Of a stretch of 61,329 nucleotides of DNA, positions 51,177 through 60,135 are shown in pieces. Position 1 is the stretch's first letter, and every line of letters starts with the position of its first letter. The notes below the pieces were generated by a model. The model ran no database searches. It saw nothing but the letters and a program-made list of their open reading frames with translations, and was not told the origin of the DNA. The DNA is from a virus, in IMG/VR virus record IMGVR_UViG_3300029825_000423, positions 1 through 61,329 of that record. One strand, given 5' to 3'. The position numbers and the translations under genes are program-made.

Positions 51177-51443
51177 ATGGAGATAGACGACGAAAAAATC
51201 AAGACGTTGCTCGAATCTTATGCCGAGAAAGTGGCGGATGGTCAAAAACAAATGGCGTTCGGAATCAGGTACGCGATGAAACATATGGGAATTGTCACAG
51301 ATGAGCAGATCCAAGAAGTACTTGATCCGGCTGCCGCCAAAGCCAGGAAAGCAAAGGAAAGAAAGCAGACAAAGGAAATGCTTGAACCGATTGAAACCAC
51401 TGAGCAGAAACCGAAAAGGCAAAGAAAACCAAGAAGAAAATAA
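51177..51443 (+). CDS. Hypothetical protein with basic tail
   Basis: 88-aa ORF with a C-terminal KPKRQRKPRRK. Confidence 0.55.
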   Translation: MEIDDEKIKTLLESYAEKVADGQKQMAFGIRYAMKHMGIVTDEQIQEVLDPAAAKARKAKERKQTKEMLEPIETTEQKPKRQRKPRRK

Positions 51444-51463
51444 AATGAAATGGGGGATAAACA

Positions 51464-51646
51464 ATGAGTATCGGGAGTGTAATTAAAGACATATTTTCGA
51501 CCAAATGCGTGTGCGAAAACAAAGACGTGTGTGATTGTTTCGAAGACACAAGTTACGTATGTACACAGGAAATGGACAAGTCATACTGTGGGATATGGAA
51601 GCGATTTAACCGACGCGAGATCAAAGAATACAAAAAGGACTGGTGA
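51464..51646 (+). CDS. Cys-containing mini-protein
   Basis: 60-aa ORF containing CVCENKDVCDC..C..C. Confidence 0.45.
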   Translation: MSIGSVIKDIFSTKCVCENKDVCDCFEDTSYVCTQEMDKSYCGIWKRFNRREIKEYKKDW

Positions 51647-51749
51647 GGAACGTAGACAAACAATTTTTTAAAAGGGTTATATATAGCTTACCACGTGACA
51701 TGCCAATGTGCAGTTTACCTATACCAATTTTTAAGGAGGAACAATAACC

Positions 51750-52148
51750 ATGGAAGGAATAAACAAAAAAACAATGAAAAAATTAACAACGAAAAAAGGA
51801 CGGGAAGAATTCAAGAACGAAGTTTCTGTTGATGTTTTCGATAAACTTGCTAAGAAAAGATTCACGGACCAGGAAGCAACGAAAAATTACAAGTTCATGA
51901 GCATTTACAAAAACACGAGGGCCGCACTGATAAATGCCGGTGTCATGACCACAAAAGAAATCATAGAGATTGAAAGGAAGTACAGAGAATCAGACGCGCC
52001 GGAAGAAGAGGGCAACGGATGGATAGAAGAAGTTCCGGAAGAGGTTCTTTCTATAATCGTTCTTGCGCTGGGATGTTATGTTGAAAATACCGTTCTTGTT
52101 GAGAACAAGGAAAGAGCACAGGAGATTCTCAAGGCAATTGAAGGGTGA
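51750..52148 (+). CDS. Hypothetical protein
   Basis: 132-aa ORF with RBS AAGGAGG. Confidence 0.6.
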   Translation: MEGINKKTMKKLTTKKGREEFKNEVSVDVFDKLAKKRFTDQEATKNYKFMSIYKNTRAALINAGVMTTKEIIEIERKYRESDAPEEEGNGWIEEVPEEVLSIIVLALGCYVENTVLVENKERAQEILKAIEG

Positions 52149-52234
52149 TTAATTCACTCTTTAAAATAATTATTTTAGGAAGTAGAAAAGTTTATTAACC
52201 TTTAAAGCTTATTTTTTGCAGGGAGTTGATATAT

Positions 52235-53824
52235 ATGGACTTAATAATTGATCCAGAATTTAGAGATCTGATTCCTCCACTGACTGAAGAGGAATATAAC
52301 AGTCTTGAAGAAAATCTTTTAACTAACGGGTTTAACCCTGCCTTCCCTGTAATTGTCTGGAAAGGACAGAACATTATAGTGGATGGGCATAACCGTTACG
52401 GAATTTGCCAGAAACACGGAATTGCCTTTGATTACATCGAGCAGGAGTTCGCTTCGAGGTACGATGTTAAACAAGAAATGTACAAGATACAGTTTGATAG
52501 AAGAAACATGAATAGTAGAACTAAAACTTATCTTGTAGGTAAAAGATATTTAATGGAAAAAATGGAAGAAGGAAATCCAAATGGGTTCGGTGCAATCAAC
52601 CAACGGGCGCAAAATGCGCCCGTTGGTAGAACAAGAGAAAAAATAGCTGCACAACTAGGAATAAATCACTCGACTGTGCTAAGAGCAGCCGAATTTGCGC
52701 TTGCGGTAGATAAAATCGTCTCTGTAACTGGAATAAAAGTAAACGATATCCTAGTCGGAAAGATAAAAGACCCGATGGATGATATTAAAGACCTCGCTAG
52801 AAACCTAGATGATGTAATAAAAGACGCAATTTACAGGGTATTATCCGGTGAAAACCTAACTTTAAAAATGGCTCTCGCGGCAATTACAAGAGAAGAACTC
52901 GAAAGAAAAACAAGAGAAGCCGAAAAGAAAAGAAAGCAAATGGAAGAAGAATTTAAAAAATCAAGAGAAGAAGAAGACCAGAAAGAAAGGGAAAGACTCA
53001 GACAAGAAAGAGAAAACAAACTCGCGCAGGAAAGAGAACGTATAGAAAAGGAGAAAGAAGAACAAGAACAGCGCAGACGCGCAGAGATCGAAAAAGAAAT
53101 TGAAAAGAGAAGGAAAGAAGCAGAGGAAAGAGCAAAGCACGCAGAAGAACGAGAAAAGTTAAGAAAGGATGCAGAAGAACATGAAAGAATCGAAAAAGCA
53201 AAACTCGAAGCTGAAATTAAAAGACTACAAGAAATCAAACAAAAGAAACTTGAATCAGCTATGCTTGAACAAAAACGAATGGATGAAGAAATACTCAGAA
53301 AGGCAAGGATTGAACGGGAAAAGCAAGACAGAGAAATAATTGAAAAGACAGTAAAGGTCAGCGTTCCAGTAACAGATTACGACCAGTACATAAAAGCGGC
53401 TTATACAATAATGGGGGAAATAACACTTAATGCTTGCAGACCAAAAAAGGCAGACAACGCAGACAACATTTACATAATAAACACTCAAATCGTACACAAT
53501 GATCCAGAAACACTTAATCAAAATTGGATTGGTAAAGTGTGGCTTGACCTGCTTGATTCAGAAAAAGATTCAAAGTGTTACATTGAGAAATTGGTATCTC
53601 GGTTTGTCGAAGGGGGAATAACTGAAGCCTTTGTGATTGCCAGAAACACAACTGATTCCGAATGGTTTAAGCTCTGTTCACAGAAAGCAAGCGCGGTTGT
53701 ATTTCCAACAAAGACAATGACAGGAAAGTTAAAAAGCCATGCTCTTATTTACTTCGGGGACAAGGCAGAAACCTTTATGAAAGAATGTGAAAAGTTCGGA
53801 TGGGGGACAATATTAAAAAAATAA
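52235..53824 (+). CDS. ParB N-terminal domain / HTH / long charged coiled coil / degenerate Dam-like domain fusion
   Basis: ParB/Srx-type segment DLIPPLTEEEYNSLEENLL..IVDGHNRY, then HTH REKIAAQLGINHSTVLR. About 150 aa of E/K/R-rich coil follow. The C-terminal NWIGKVWLDLLDS..FVIARNTTDSEWF..ALIYFG resembles phage Dam (W.G..W.NPPYS..PARTDT.WF), but with NPPY replaced by DLLD. Confidence 0.75.
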   Translation: MDLIIDPEFRDLIPPLTEEEYNSLEENLLTNGFNPAFPVIVWKGQNIIVDGHNRYGICQKHGIAFDYIEQEFASRYDVKQEMYKIQFDRRNMNSRTKTYLVGKRYLMEKMEEGNPNGFGAINQRAQNAPVGRTREKIAAQLGINHSTVLRAAEFALAVDKIVSVTGIKVNDILVGKIKDPMDDIKDLARNLDDVIKDAIYRVLSGENLTLKMALAAITREELERKTREAEKKRKQMEEEFKKSREEEDQKERERLRQERENKLAQERERIEKEKEEQEQRRRAEIEKEIEKRRKEAEERAKHAEEREKLRKDAEEHERIEKAKLEAEIKRLQEIKQKKLESAMLEQKRMDEEILRKARIEREKQDREIIEKTVKVSVPVTDYDQYIKAAYTIMGEITLNACRPKKADNADNIYIINTQIVHNDPETLNQNWIGKVWLDLLDSEKDSKCYIEKLVSRFVEGGITEAFVIARNTTDSEWFKLCSQKASAVVFPTKTMTGKLKSHALIYFGDKAETFMKECEKFGWGTILKK

Positions 53825-53833
53825 ATTGGGAGA

Positions 53834-54997
53834 GTGGAACAATTGACAGTATTTAAAAAAATAATCGGAAGTAGATGTATTGTAATTGTGGTTGGCAATC
53901 ACAAAGGGGGTTGCGGAAAAACAACCACATCTTTTGGAATTGGGGTAAATGCCAGTAAACAAGGTAAAAGAGTACTTTTCATAGACAATGACCAACAGGG
54001 GACGCTAGGAAAGCAATTCAAGATAGACGGAAACAACAAGAAATACAAAGACCATAGATTTTCAAAGATATACGAATCAATGTCAAACATAACCGGAGAA
54101 ATACCAGTAGTACCTTACACAATACACTTTAACAAAAACACAGGAGGTTCAATATCAATTCTGCTTGGAGACGCAGACTTAAAAGATATAGTTGAAAAAG
54201 CAGAAGAGTACTTCGGCGGAGAGGCGATTGTAACAGAAAAGTTCAGGACAATTATGAATGTTTACATGCAATACTTCGATTATATAATATTCGACACCAC
54301 ACCAATTGTAGACAAAATAAAAAGCTGTAAACACTCTTTGAGTATTGCTAACAATGTATTCATTCCATTTGATGAAATAGACGCAGTTGATGAAATAAAT
54401 CAGACCAGAACCGCAATAAAAGCAAACAGCAAACATCAGCCTAACATAAGGTTTGTATGCACAAAATACACGGTTGACTACATCGAGGAAGCAAGAGAAT
54501 TTAACAGAAGATGTTTAGAAAATAAACTTCCAGTTCCAGAGAAGCCAGTAAAATTTAAACATTATCCTTGGACACCAGGCAGAGACGAGAAACGATGTAC
54601 CAATTACAGGTTTATGCTAAAAACATTTCCTAATAACATGTGTAAAATCGGAATCCCATTTAAAGTAGACATCGAGAGGCACACGTACTTAGGATCAAGC
54701 AAAGAAAACAGAGCAATAATAGACGAAATGTGCAAAGATCTTTTACTTTATGCGTCTTCAAGTGCAAAGGAATTTTGTGAAAACCTATGTGATGATGATG
54801 TTTGGAGTAAAAAACTTGATATGTTAAACGGTTACGTTGGAATTGTTCGAGATATGAAAATAGAAAAAATGGACATTGGATTAAACGAAGTTCTCGGTAC
54901 TACATTCGATGAAGGAAACTATTTACATGTAGAATTTGAAAAAGAAGCAGTAAACGAAAGAGCTATTTTAGAACGTAGAGCTAGATTTGATAGGTGA
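53834..54997 (+). CDS. parA: ParA/Soj-type partition ATPase
   Basis: Deviant Walker A is VVGNHKGGCGKTTTS, followed by FIDNDQQGT and IIFDTTP. Confidence 0.85.
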   Translation: MEQLTVFKKIIGSRCIVIVVGNHKGGCGKTTTSFGIGVNASKQGKRVLFIDNDQQGTLGKQFKIDGNNKKYKDHRFSKIYESMSNITGEIPVVPYTIHFNKNTGGSISILLGDADLKDIVEKAEEYFGGEAIVTEKFRTIMNVYMQYFDYIIFDTTPIVDKIKSCKHSLSIANNVFIPFDEIDAVDEINQTRTAIKANSKHQPNIRFVCTKYTVDYIEEAREFNRRCLENKLPVPEKPVKFKHYPWTPGRDEKRCTNYRFMLKTFPNNMCKIGIPFKVDIERHTYLGSSKENRAIIDEMCKDLLLYASSSAKEFCENLCDDDVWSKKLDMLNGYVGIVRDMKIEKMDIGLNEVLGTTFDEGNYLHVEFEKEAVNERAILERRARFDR

Positions 54998-55093
54998 GTG
55001 ACAAACACTCTAAATAAAATTTTTGAAAACAGTAAATATTAAATAAGTTCAGTGACATATATAACAGTTACCTAAAAAAGATTTGTGGAGAGA

Positions 55094-55111
55094 GGGGGGA
55101 CTTAACCCCCC
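55094..55111 (+). terminator. GC hairpin after parA
   Basis: GGGGGG-acttaa-CCCCCC. Confidence 0.4.
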
Positions 55112-55193
55112 GAATGGAGACAAAACAAATGACGAAGCACGTCTTATAATATATTATATGTCGTTCTTCCTATAAATAACTTATTGTTGGGAC

Positions 55194-55949
55194 ATGGATA
55201 CTGTTAGTAAAATCGGAGGGAGCATGAGCAAGAATGAAATATTTAAACAGGAAGCACAGATTTCAAACGAAGAATTTGAACAAGACATTGAGATATTCTA
55301 CCGTGGGATTGTCGGGATTACAAAGAAGTTAGGGCAAACATCAAGCGACGGCGCAAGATGGGTATTCGATATGTCATTTAGAGGAAAGAGAAGAGAAATC
55401 ACCATTGATAACGTCGCGCTTATGATGGGGCCAACCGCCTTTAACAACCTGTTTAAGTCATGGTTCGGTATTCAGTTGCCGTACCTACTCCGGAGAAAGC
55501 CAGCGAAGGGTGACGTCAATTACTGGGACAAGTTTCAGCAGGTAATTGAAGAAATGTGTACCGAAGAAGATCCAGAAGATAGTACGGAATGGATTGAGGC
55601 AAGCAGGTTAATAGAGAATATAGCAAAGTTCAACATAACAGATGACAAAAAGGCATGGTATGATACAACTTCTTCCGATAGGTGCCTTTTGAGAACGGAA
55701 GATAAAGATGGCGTGGTACACTATTGCGTTAAGCCAGACTGTGTGGCCACTGTAATGAAAGACATTGGAATAAAAATACCAATCGGTAAAATGGGAGAGA
55801 CTTTAAACATTCGAAACATGAAAAGGAAAACAAACCCGGCAATCAGGGTAGGACAGAAGGTAACGAAAGCATGGTGGATTACGGCGGAGTGTATAGACGC
55901 AGTTACACCAGACGAAAACGACGACGATAGCGACAATGTGAATTTGTAA
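55194..55949 (+). CDS. Hypothetical protein adjacent to iterons (candidate iteron/centromere-binding protein by position)
   Basis: 251-aa ORF, with a likely start at ATG 55224 after GGAGGGAGC. Its stop codon lies inside the first GTAAC iteron. The function is inferred from position only. Confidence 0.6.
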   Translation: MDTVSKIGGSMSKNEIFKQEAQISNEEFEQDIEIFYRGIVGITKKLGQTSSDGARWVFDMSFRGKRREITIDNVALMMGPTAFNNLFKSWFGIQLPYLLRRKPAKGDVNYWDKFQQVIEEMCTEEDPEDSTEWIEASRLIENIAKFNITDDKKAWYDTTSSDRCLLRTEDKDGVVHYCVKPDCVATVMKDIGIKIPIGKMGETLNIRNMKRKTNPAIRVGQKVTKAWWITAECIDAVTPDENDDDSDNVNL

Positions 55950-56220
55950 CTGGGTGTAACGGGGTGTAACCGGTGTGTAACGGGTCTTGTAACGGGTCTA
56001 AAATCGACTTTGTAATTGCCACACAACGACAACGGGGGAACTCAGAACACTACTTTTTTGTGTGTTTTTTCTCCTTGTAACGCGCGCACGGGGGGTAAAA
56101 AATTTTTTCCTGACCCCCCGTTACACCCGTTACACCGGTTACATTCGACTGAAAGTATTTTCCCGCTGTCGAAAATTTGTAACGGGTCTGGAGGCATCGA
56201 CCCGTTACACCCCGTTACAA
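55944..56220. repeat. Iteron cluster: 12 copies of TGTAACGGG / CCCGTTACA (origin of replication or partition centromere)
   Basis: Five direct copies have GTAAC at 55946, 55956, 55966, 55977 and 55989 (10-12 bp spacing), plus one at 56077. Three inverted copies have GTTAC at 56120, 56129 and 56138. A perfect 11-bp inverted pair lies at 56178-56188 / 56199-56209, with one more copy at 56214. An A6T6 tract flanked by G6/C6 lies at 56090-56119. Confidence 0.85.
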
Positions 56221-56294
56221 AAGTTGACATACGCACATTAAGACTTTAAAATAAAAAACGAGCCATACGCGCGCGAAATGGGCGGGCTGTGTTT

Positions 56295-56469
56295 GGCAAT
56301 AACAAAGACAAACTTTTTATATGAGTACGGAAAACACCGAAAAGTAAAAACCTCTATGAAAGTATTCAACGTGTACCAAAAAGAGATACTTCGCTAACAC
56401 GCGCTCTATGAAAGTATTAAACCGTAAACGGTAGACACACGCAAAATTGGAACACGGCAATAACAAAGA
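56295..56469. repeat. Nested direct repeats upstream of the helicase gene
   Basis: GGCAATAACAAAGA occurs at 56295 and 56456. CTCTATGAAAGTATT[C/A]AAC occurs at 56352 and 56404. Confidence 0.6.
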
Positions 56470-56500
56470 TTAACCATGAAATTGCACAAGGAGAAAAAGA

Positions 56501-58087
56501 ATGGTGACAATTACAAAGTATGACGGTGCCCCAGGAACGGGCAAAACATGGACATTAACACAGGACTTTAAGACGGCTTTAAGCAGCGGGGTTCCTCCTG
56601 AAAATATTTTATTCACACAGTTCCGGAAGGAAGCAGCAAGCGACGCGAAAGGGATTCTTTCTACCGCAAGCGGAGTAAAGGAAAGTCGGTTATGCAATGT
56701 AAGGACCTTTCACGGTGAATGCCTCTCTCTGTTAATGAGAAACGGAATTGTAGACGTTAAGCAGGAAGGTGGATATCTAATTTCAAGAAAAGACTTAAAA
56801 GAATTCGGGATAAAATACGGGTATTCGTTCAATACAAAGGATAGTGCAGAAAAAGACAAAATGGATCAGCTAACAACTTTTTACGCTTACTGTAAAAACA
56901 ACATGGTGCCTCCGACAAAAGGAGCAATGAAAGTCTATAGCAAAGAAGTAATTCCATTCAGTCAGAAAAAAGAATTTTATGACAATTACGAAGATTATAA
57001 GCAAGAAAAGGGCAAAATAGATTGGTCAGACATGCTTAATCTTGTACTCGAAAACGGAATTATGACAGATTGCACAGTCCAAATGTACGACGAAGCACAG
57101 GACATGACCCCGATCATGTACGAGCTCTCTAAAATGTGGGGTGACGACGCGGAAACTGTTTACTATGCCGGAGATCCTCTGCAGACACTTTACTCATTCA
57201 TGGGAGCAAGTCCAGAGCACTTAATGAATACAGAAGGTGAGCTTGTTGTCCTTCCGGTCAGCCACAGACTCCCGGCGAATGTCTGGAAAAAAGCCGCATG
57301 GATGGTAACTGACAGAAACAAATACAGAGCTCCGAAAATCGAGACACCGAAAGAAGACGGGCAAATGATTGTTGTTGATTACAAGGGCCTTTCAACTTAC
57401 CTGACAAAGCGATTCGCGAAATACTTTGCACCCGACGAAACCGCTTTTCATCTTGTCAGGACAAATTACCAGGGCCATGCAATTGCAAAGATCCTCGCTG
57501 AAATGGGAACGCCGTTTGGCGGTATTTGTGGTTGGACTCATGACGAAATCCAGCTTTACCATGCAATCGCAAAGATCAAAGAGGGCCGGACACCAACGGT
57601 AACAGAGTACAAAAAATTAATTGACCATGTTAAGAAAACTGATCTGCAGTACACTGGAAAAAAGGAAGACTTAAAATCGTTCTTCGAGAACAATGTGCAG
57701 CAGGTAAACGCGCTGAATAATTGGTATCTTTCAAATTCATTTGTTCAGGCAGTCAGGGCAGGGAACCCGGGCGAACATTTGACAAATGCGGATTCAATGC
57801 TGAAATTGAAAATAAATGGAATGTTAAAGAACGGAGTTGCGGCAATAGACGAAAGCAGGATTAACAGAACACAGATATTGACTATACATGGAGCAAAGGG
57901 ATTAGAGGCAACACATGTATTTCTTCATGCTGCAGTGCCCCCGATTATAAAACAGAGCATGTTAACGACGGAAGGTAGGGCAAACGAAGCTTATGTGTGG
58001 TATGTGGCAATCACAAGGACCATGAAAAATCTGATAGTTGTCAGTTATCCGGGTAAAAATTATCCGATTCCGAGAATGTGTGCGTAA
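56501..58087 (+). CDS. UvrD/Rep-type SF1 helicase
   Basis: Contains DGAPGTGKT (Walker A), MYDEAQDMTP (motif II), GDPLQTLYSF (III) and LTIHGAKGLEATHVFL (VI). Confidence 0.85.
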   Translation: MVTITKYDGAPGTGKTWTLTQDFKTALSSGVPPENILFTQFRKEAASDAKGILSTASGVKESRLCNVRTFHGECLSLLMRNGIVDVKQEGGYLISRKDLKEFGIKYGYSFNTKDSAEKDKMDQLTTFYAYCKNNMVPPTKGAMKVYSKEVIPFSQKKEFYDNYEDYKQEKGKIDWSDMLNLVLENGIMTDCTVQMYDEAQDMTPIMYELSKMWGDDAETVYYAGDPLQTLYSFMGASPEHLMNTEGELVVLPVSHRLPANVWKKAAWMVTDRNKYRAPKIETPKEDGQMIVVDYKGLSTYLTKRFAKYFAPDETAFHLVRTNYQGHAIAKILAEMGTPFGGICGWTHDEIQLYHAIAKIKEGRTPTVTEYKKLIDHVKKTDLQYTGKKEDLKSFFENNVQQVNALNNWYLSNSFVQAVRAGNPGEHLTNADSMLKLKINGMLKNGVAAIDESRINRTQILTIHGAKGLEATHVFLHAAVPPIIKQSMLTTEGRANEAYVWYVAITRTMKNLIVVSYPGKNYPIPRMCA

Positions 58088-58147
58088 ACTTCATAACACA
58101 TGAACACCAATATAATATTTGGTGATAAATATTCAAAAAACGAAAGG

Positions 58148-58163
58148 GTGCCCGTTCGGGCAC
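58148..58163 (+). terminator. Hairpin terminator after helicase
   Basis: GTGCCCG-tt-CGGGCAC, a perfect 7-bp stem. Confidence 0.5.
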
Positions 58164-58310
58164 GTGTGTAATACTCAATGTGGAATGTATGACGAAAACA
58201 GAAACGAATGCAGTATCGTCTATAAAAACGATAACAATTGTATCAAATATAATTATATGATATTATCAGATAGCAAACTATAAATAGAAAGACAACCATA
58301 TATAATTATT

Positions 58311-58898
58311 GTGAAAGCTGGAGATGTCTTAAGAGTCTTGCACATCTCAAGACCAACACTATACAGATATGCCGAAGCTGGATACATTGATAGAAATAAG
58401 CTTCCAAATGGGAAGTATGATTATGTTGATGAATCCGTTTATGCATTTCTAAATAAAGATGTTAAACGCAAACATGTAATTTATTGCAGGGTTTCGACTT
58501 CAAAACAGAAAGCGGATTTGGAAAATCAGGTTGAGTTTCTCAAAAGCTGGTCTTTCAACTCAGGCATAAAAATTGATGCAGTCTACAAAGATGTTGCATC
58601 TGGCATTTCATTTGAGAAAAGAAAAGAATTCTTTGAAATGCTTGATGAGATACTTGATTTCAAGGTTGAAACTGTAATAATTGCATACAAAGACCGATTA
58701 AGCAGAATAGGGTTTGAGTTGTTTTCAAACTTGTTTGCTAAGTTCGGGACAAAAATAATAGTTGTTTCAGAAGCAGGAAATAAGAAATTAGATTCAGAAG
58801 AAATCTTTGAGGAAATAATTTCTTTGTTGCACTGCTACAGTATGAAGCACTACAGCAAACGAAAAAACCCAAAATCATTGGAAATCGAGGTGGAATAA
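58311..58898 (+). CDS. tnpA: IS607-type serine recombinase transposase
   Basis: MerR-like HTH VLRVLHISRPTLYRYAEAG plus resolvase catalytic motif VIYCRVSTSKQKADLENQ. Confidence 0.9.
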   Translation: MKAGDVLRVLHISRPTLYRYAEAGYIDRNKLPNGKYDYVDESVYAFLNKDVKRKHVIYCRVSTSKQKADLENQVEFLKSWSFNSGIKIDAVYKDVASGISFEKRKEFFEMLDEILDFKVETVIIAYKDRLSRIGFELFSNLFAKFGTKIIVVSEAGNKKLDSEEIFEEIISLLHCYSMKHYSKRKNPKSLEIEVE

Positions 58899-58899
58899 C

Positions 58900-60135
58900 A
58901 TGGCACTTGTGACTAGAACTGAACAAATCCAATTCAATTCTGAAACTATTTCAGCTCTAGCTCACGCTTCTAAAAATTTGTACAATGCAGGAAACTACCT
59001 AATGAGACAAAGATTCTTTGAGAATGATAGGCTCTACAGGGAAACAGGACAGAAAGGTGAAGGAATTTGGTACAAGCAGCTTTACCCAATGTTGAAAGAC
59101 ACAGAGGACTACAAAGCCTTACCAGCTCAAACCTCACAGCAAGTTTTAAAGCTACTGGAGAAGAGTTGGAAAGCCTTCTTCATGGCTTCCAAAGCCTTTG
59201 CTAAGTCACCTGAGAAATTCTTAGGAAAACCAAAGCCTCCAAAATATAAAAACAAAGATGGGGAACACATCTTGATTTTCACTAACCAACAGTGCAAAAT
59301 CAAAGACGGTATCTTGAAGTTTCCGAAGATTGCAGATCTTGAATTAAAAACAAGACTCAAAGACATTGATCTTAGAGAAGTTAGAATAATTCCAAATGCA
59401 AATAAGTACACCTGTGAAATTGTCTACAATAAGACAGTCACTGATAATGAAATCAACTCTAACAGAGTTCTAGGCATTGATCTCGGTGTTCGTAACATTG
59501 TAACTATTGCAAACAACTTTGGTGCAAAACCAATTGTTGTTAAGGGCAACACTGCAAACAGCATGAACCAATACTACAACAAAGTAAGAGCTGAGCTACA
59601 GAGCAAGTACGATTTGCAGGGAATTAGAACAGGTAGCAAGAAAACAAAACTAGATTGGAAGCGTAACAATAAGGTTAAAGATTATTTCCACAAGCTAAGT
59701 AAACGAATTGTTGACTATGCAGCAGCTAACAACGTAAAAACCATAATCATTGGTAAGAATGAGAACTGGAAACAAGAAGTTAACATGGGAAAGAAGCTAA
59801 ATCAGAAATTCGTAATGCTTCCACTAGCAAAGCTCATAGAAATGATTCAGTACAAAGCTCAGGAAAAAAGCATAGAAGTAATGCTTCAGGAAGAAAGTCA
59901 TACTTCAAAGTGCAGCTTCTTGGATCTTGAACCAATTGAGCACAGAGAGAAATACATAGGGAAGAGGATCAAAAGAGGAATCTTCAAAAGTGGAAAAGGA
60001 ATTCTGATTAATGCAGACGTAAACGGAGCATTGAACATAATCAGGAAAGCAACTCCAAAAGCATTTGCAGACGGAGTAGAGGGTGTGGGGTTACACCCAA
60101 AGAGATATTTAATCACATCTTTTGAATATATTTGA
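58900..60135 (+). CDS. tnpB: TnpB (OrfB/IS1341-type RuvC-like RNA-guided nuclease)
   Basis: GIDLGVRNIV (RuvC-I Asp), LQEESHTSKCS (RuvC-II Glu and zinc-finger start), INADVNGALNIIRK (RuvC-III Asp). 411 aa. Confidence 0.9.
   Translation: MALVTRTEQIQFNSETISALAHASKNLYNAGNYLMRQRFFENDRLYRETGQKGEGIWYKQLYPMLKDTEDYKALPAQTSQQVLKLLEKSWKAFFMASKAFAKSPEKFLGKPKPPKYKNKDGEHILIFTNQQCKIKDGILKFPKIADLELKTRLKDIDLREVRIIPNANKYTCEIVYNKTVTDNEINSNRVLGIDLGVRNIVTIANNFGAKPIVVKGNTANSMNQYYNKVRAELQSKYDLQGIRTGSKKTKLDWKRNNKVKDYFHKLSKRIVDYAAANNVKTIIIGKNENWKQEVNMGKKLNQKFVMLPLAKLIEMIQYKAQEKSIEVMLQEESHTSKCSFLDLEPIEHREKYIGKRIKRGIFKSGKGILINADVNGALNIIRKATPKAFADGVEGVGLHPKRYLITSFEYI

Noticed and set aside
52831-53238. 135-aa minus-strand ORF inside the ParB-like gene
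   Set aside because: It is antisense to the GAA/AAA/AGA-rich coiled-coil segment and yields a Ser/Phe/Leu low-complexity artefact.
55944-56220. Possible CRISPR array
   Set aside because: The repeat unit is only about 9-11 bp, with 0-3 bp between copies and mixed orientation. There are no spacers. The pattern is that of iterons, not CRISPR.
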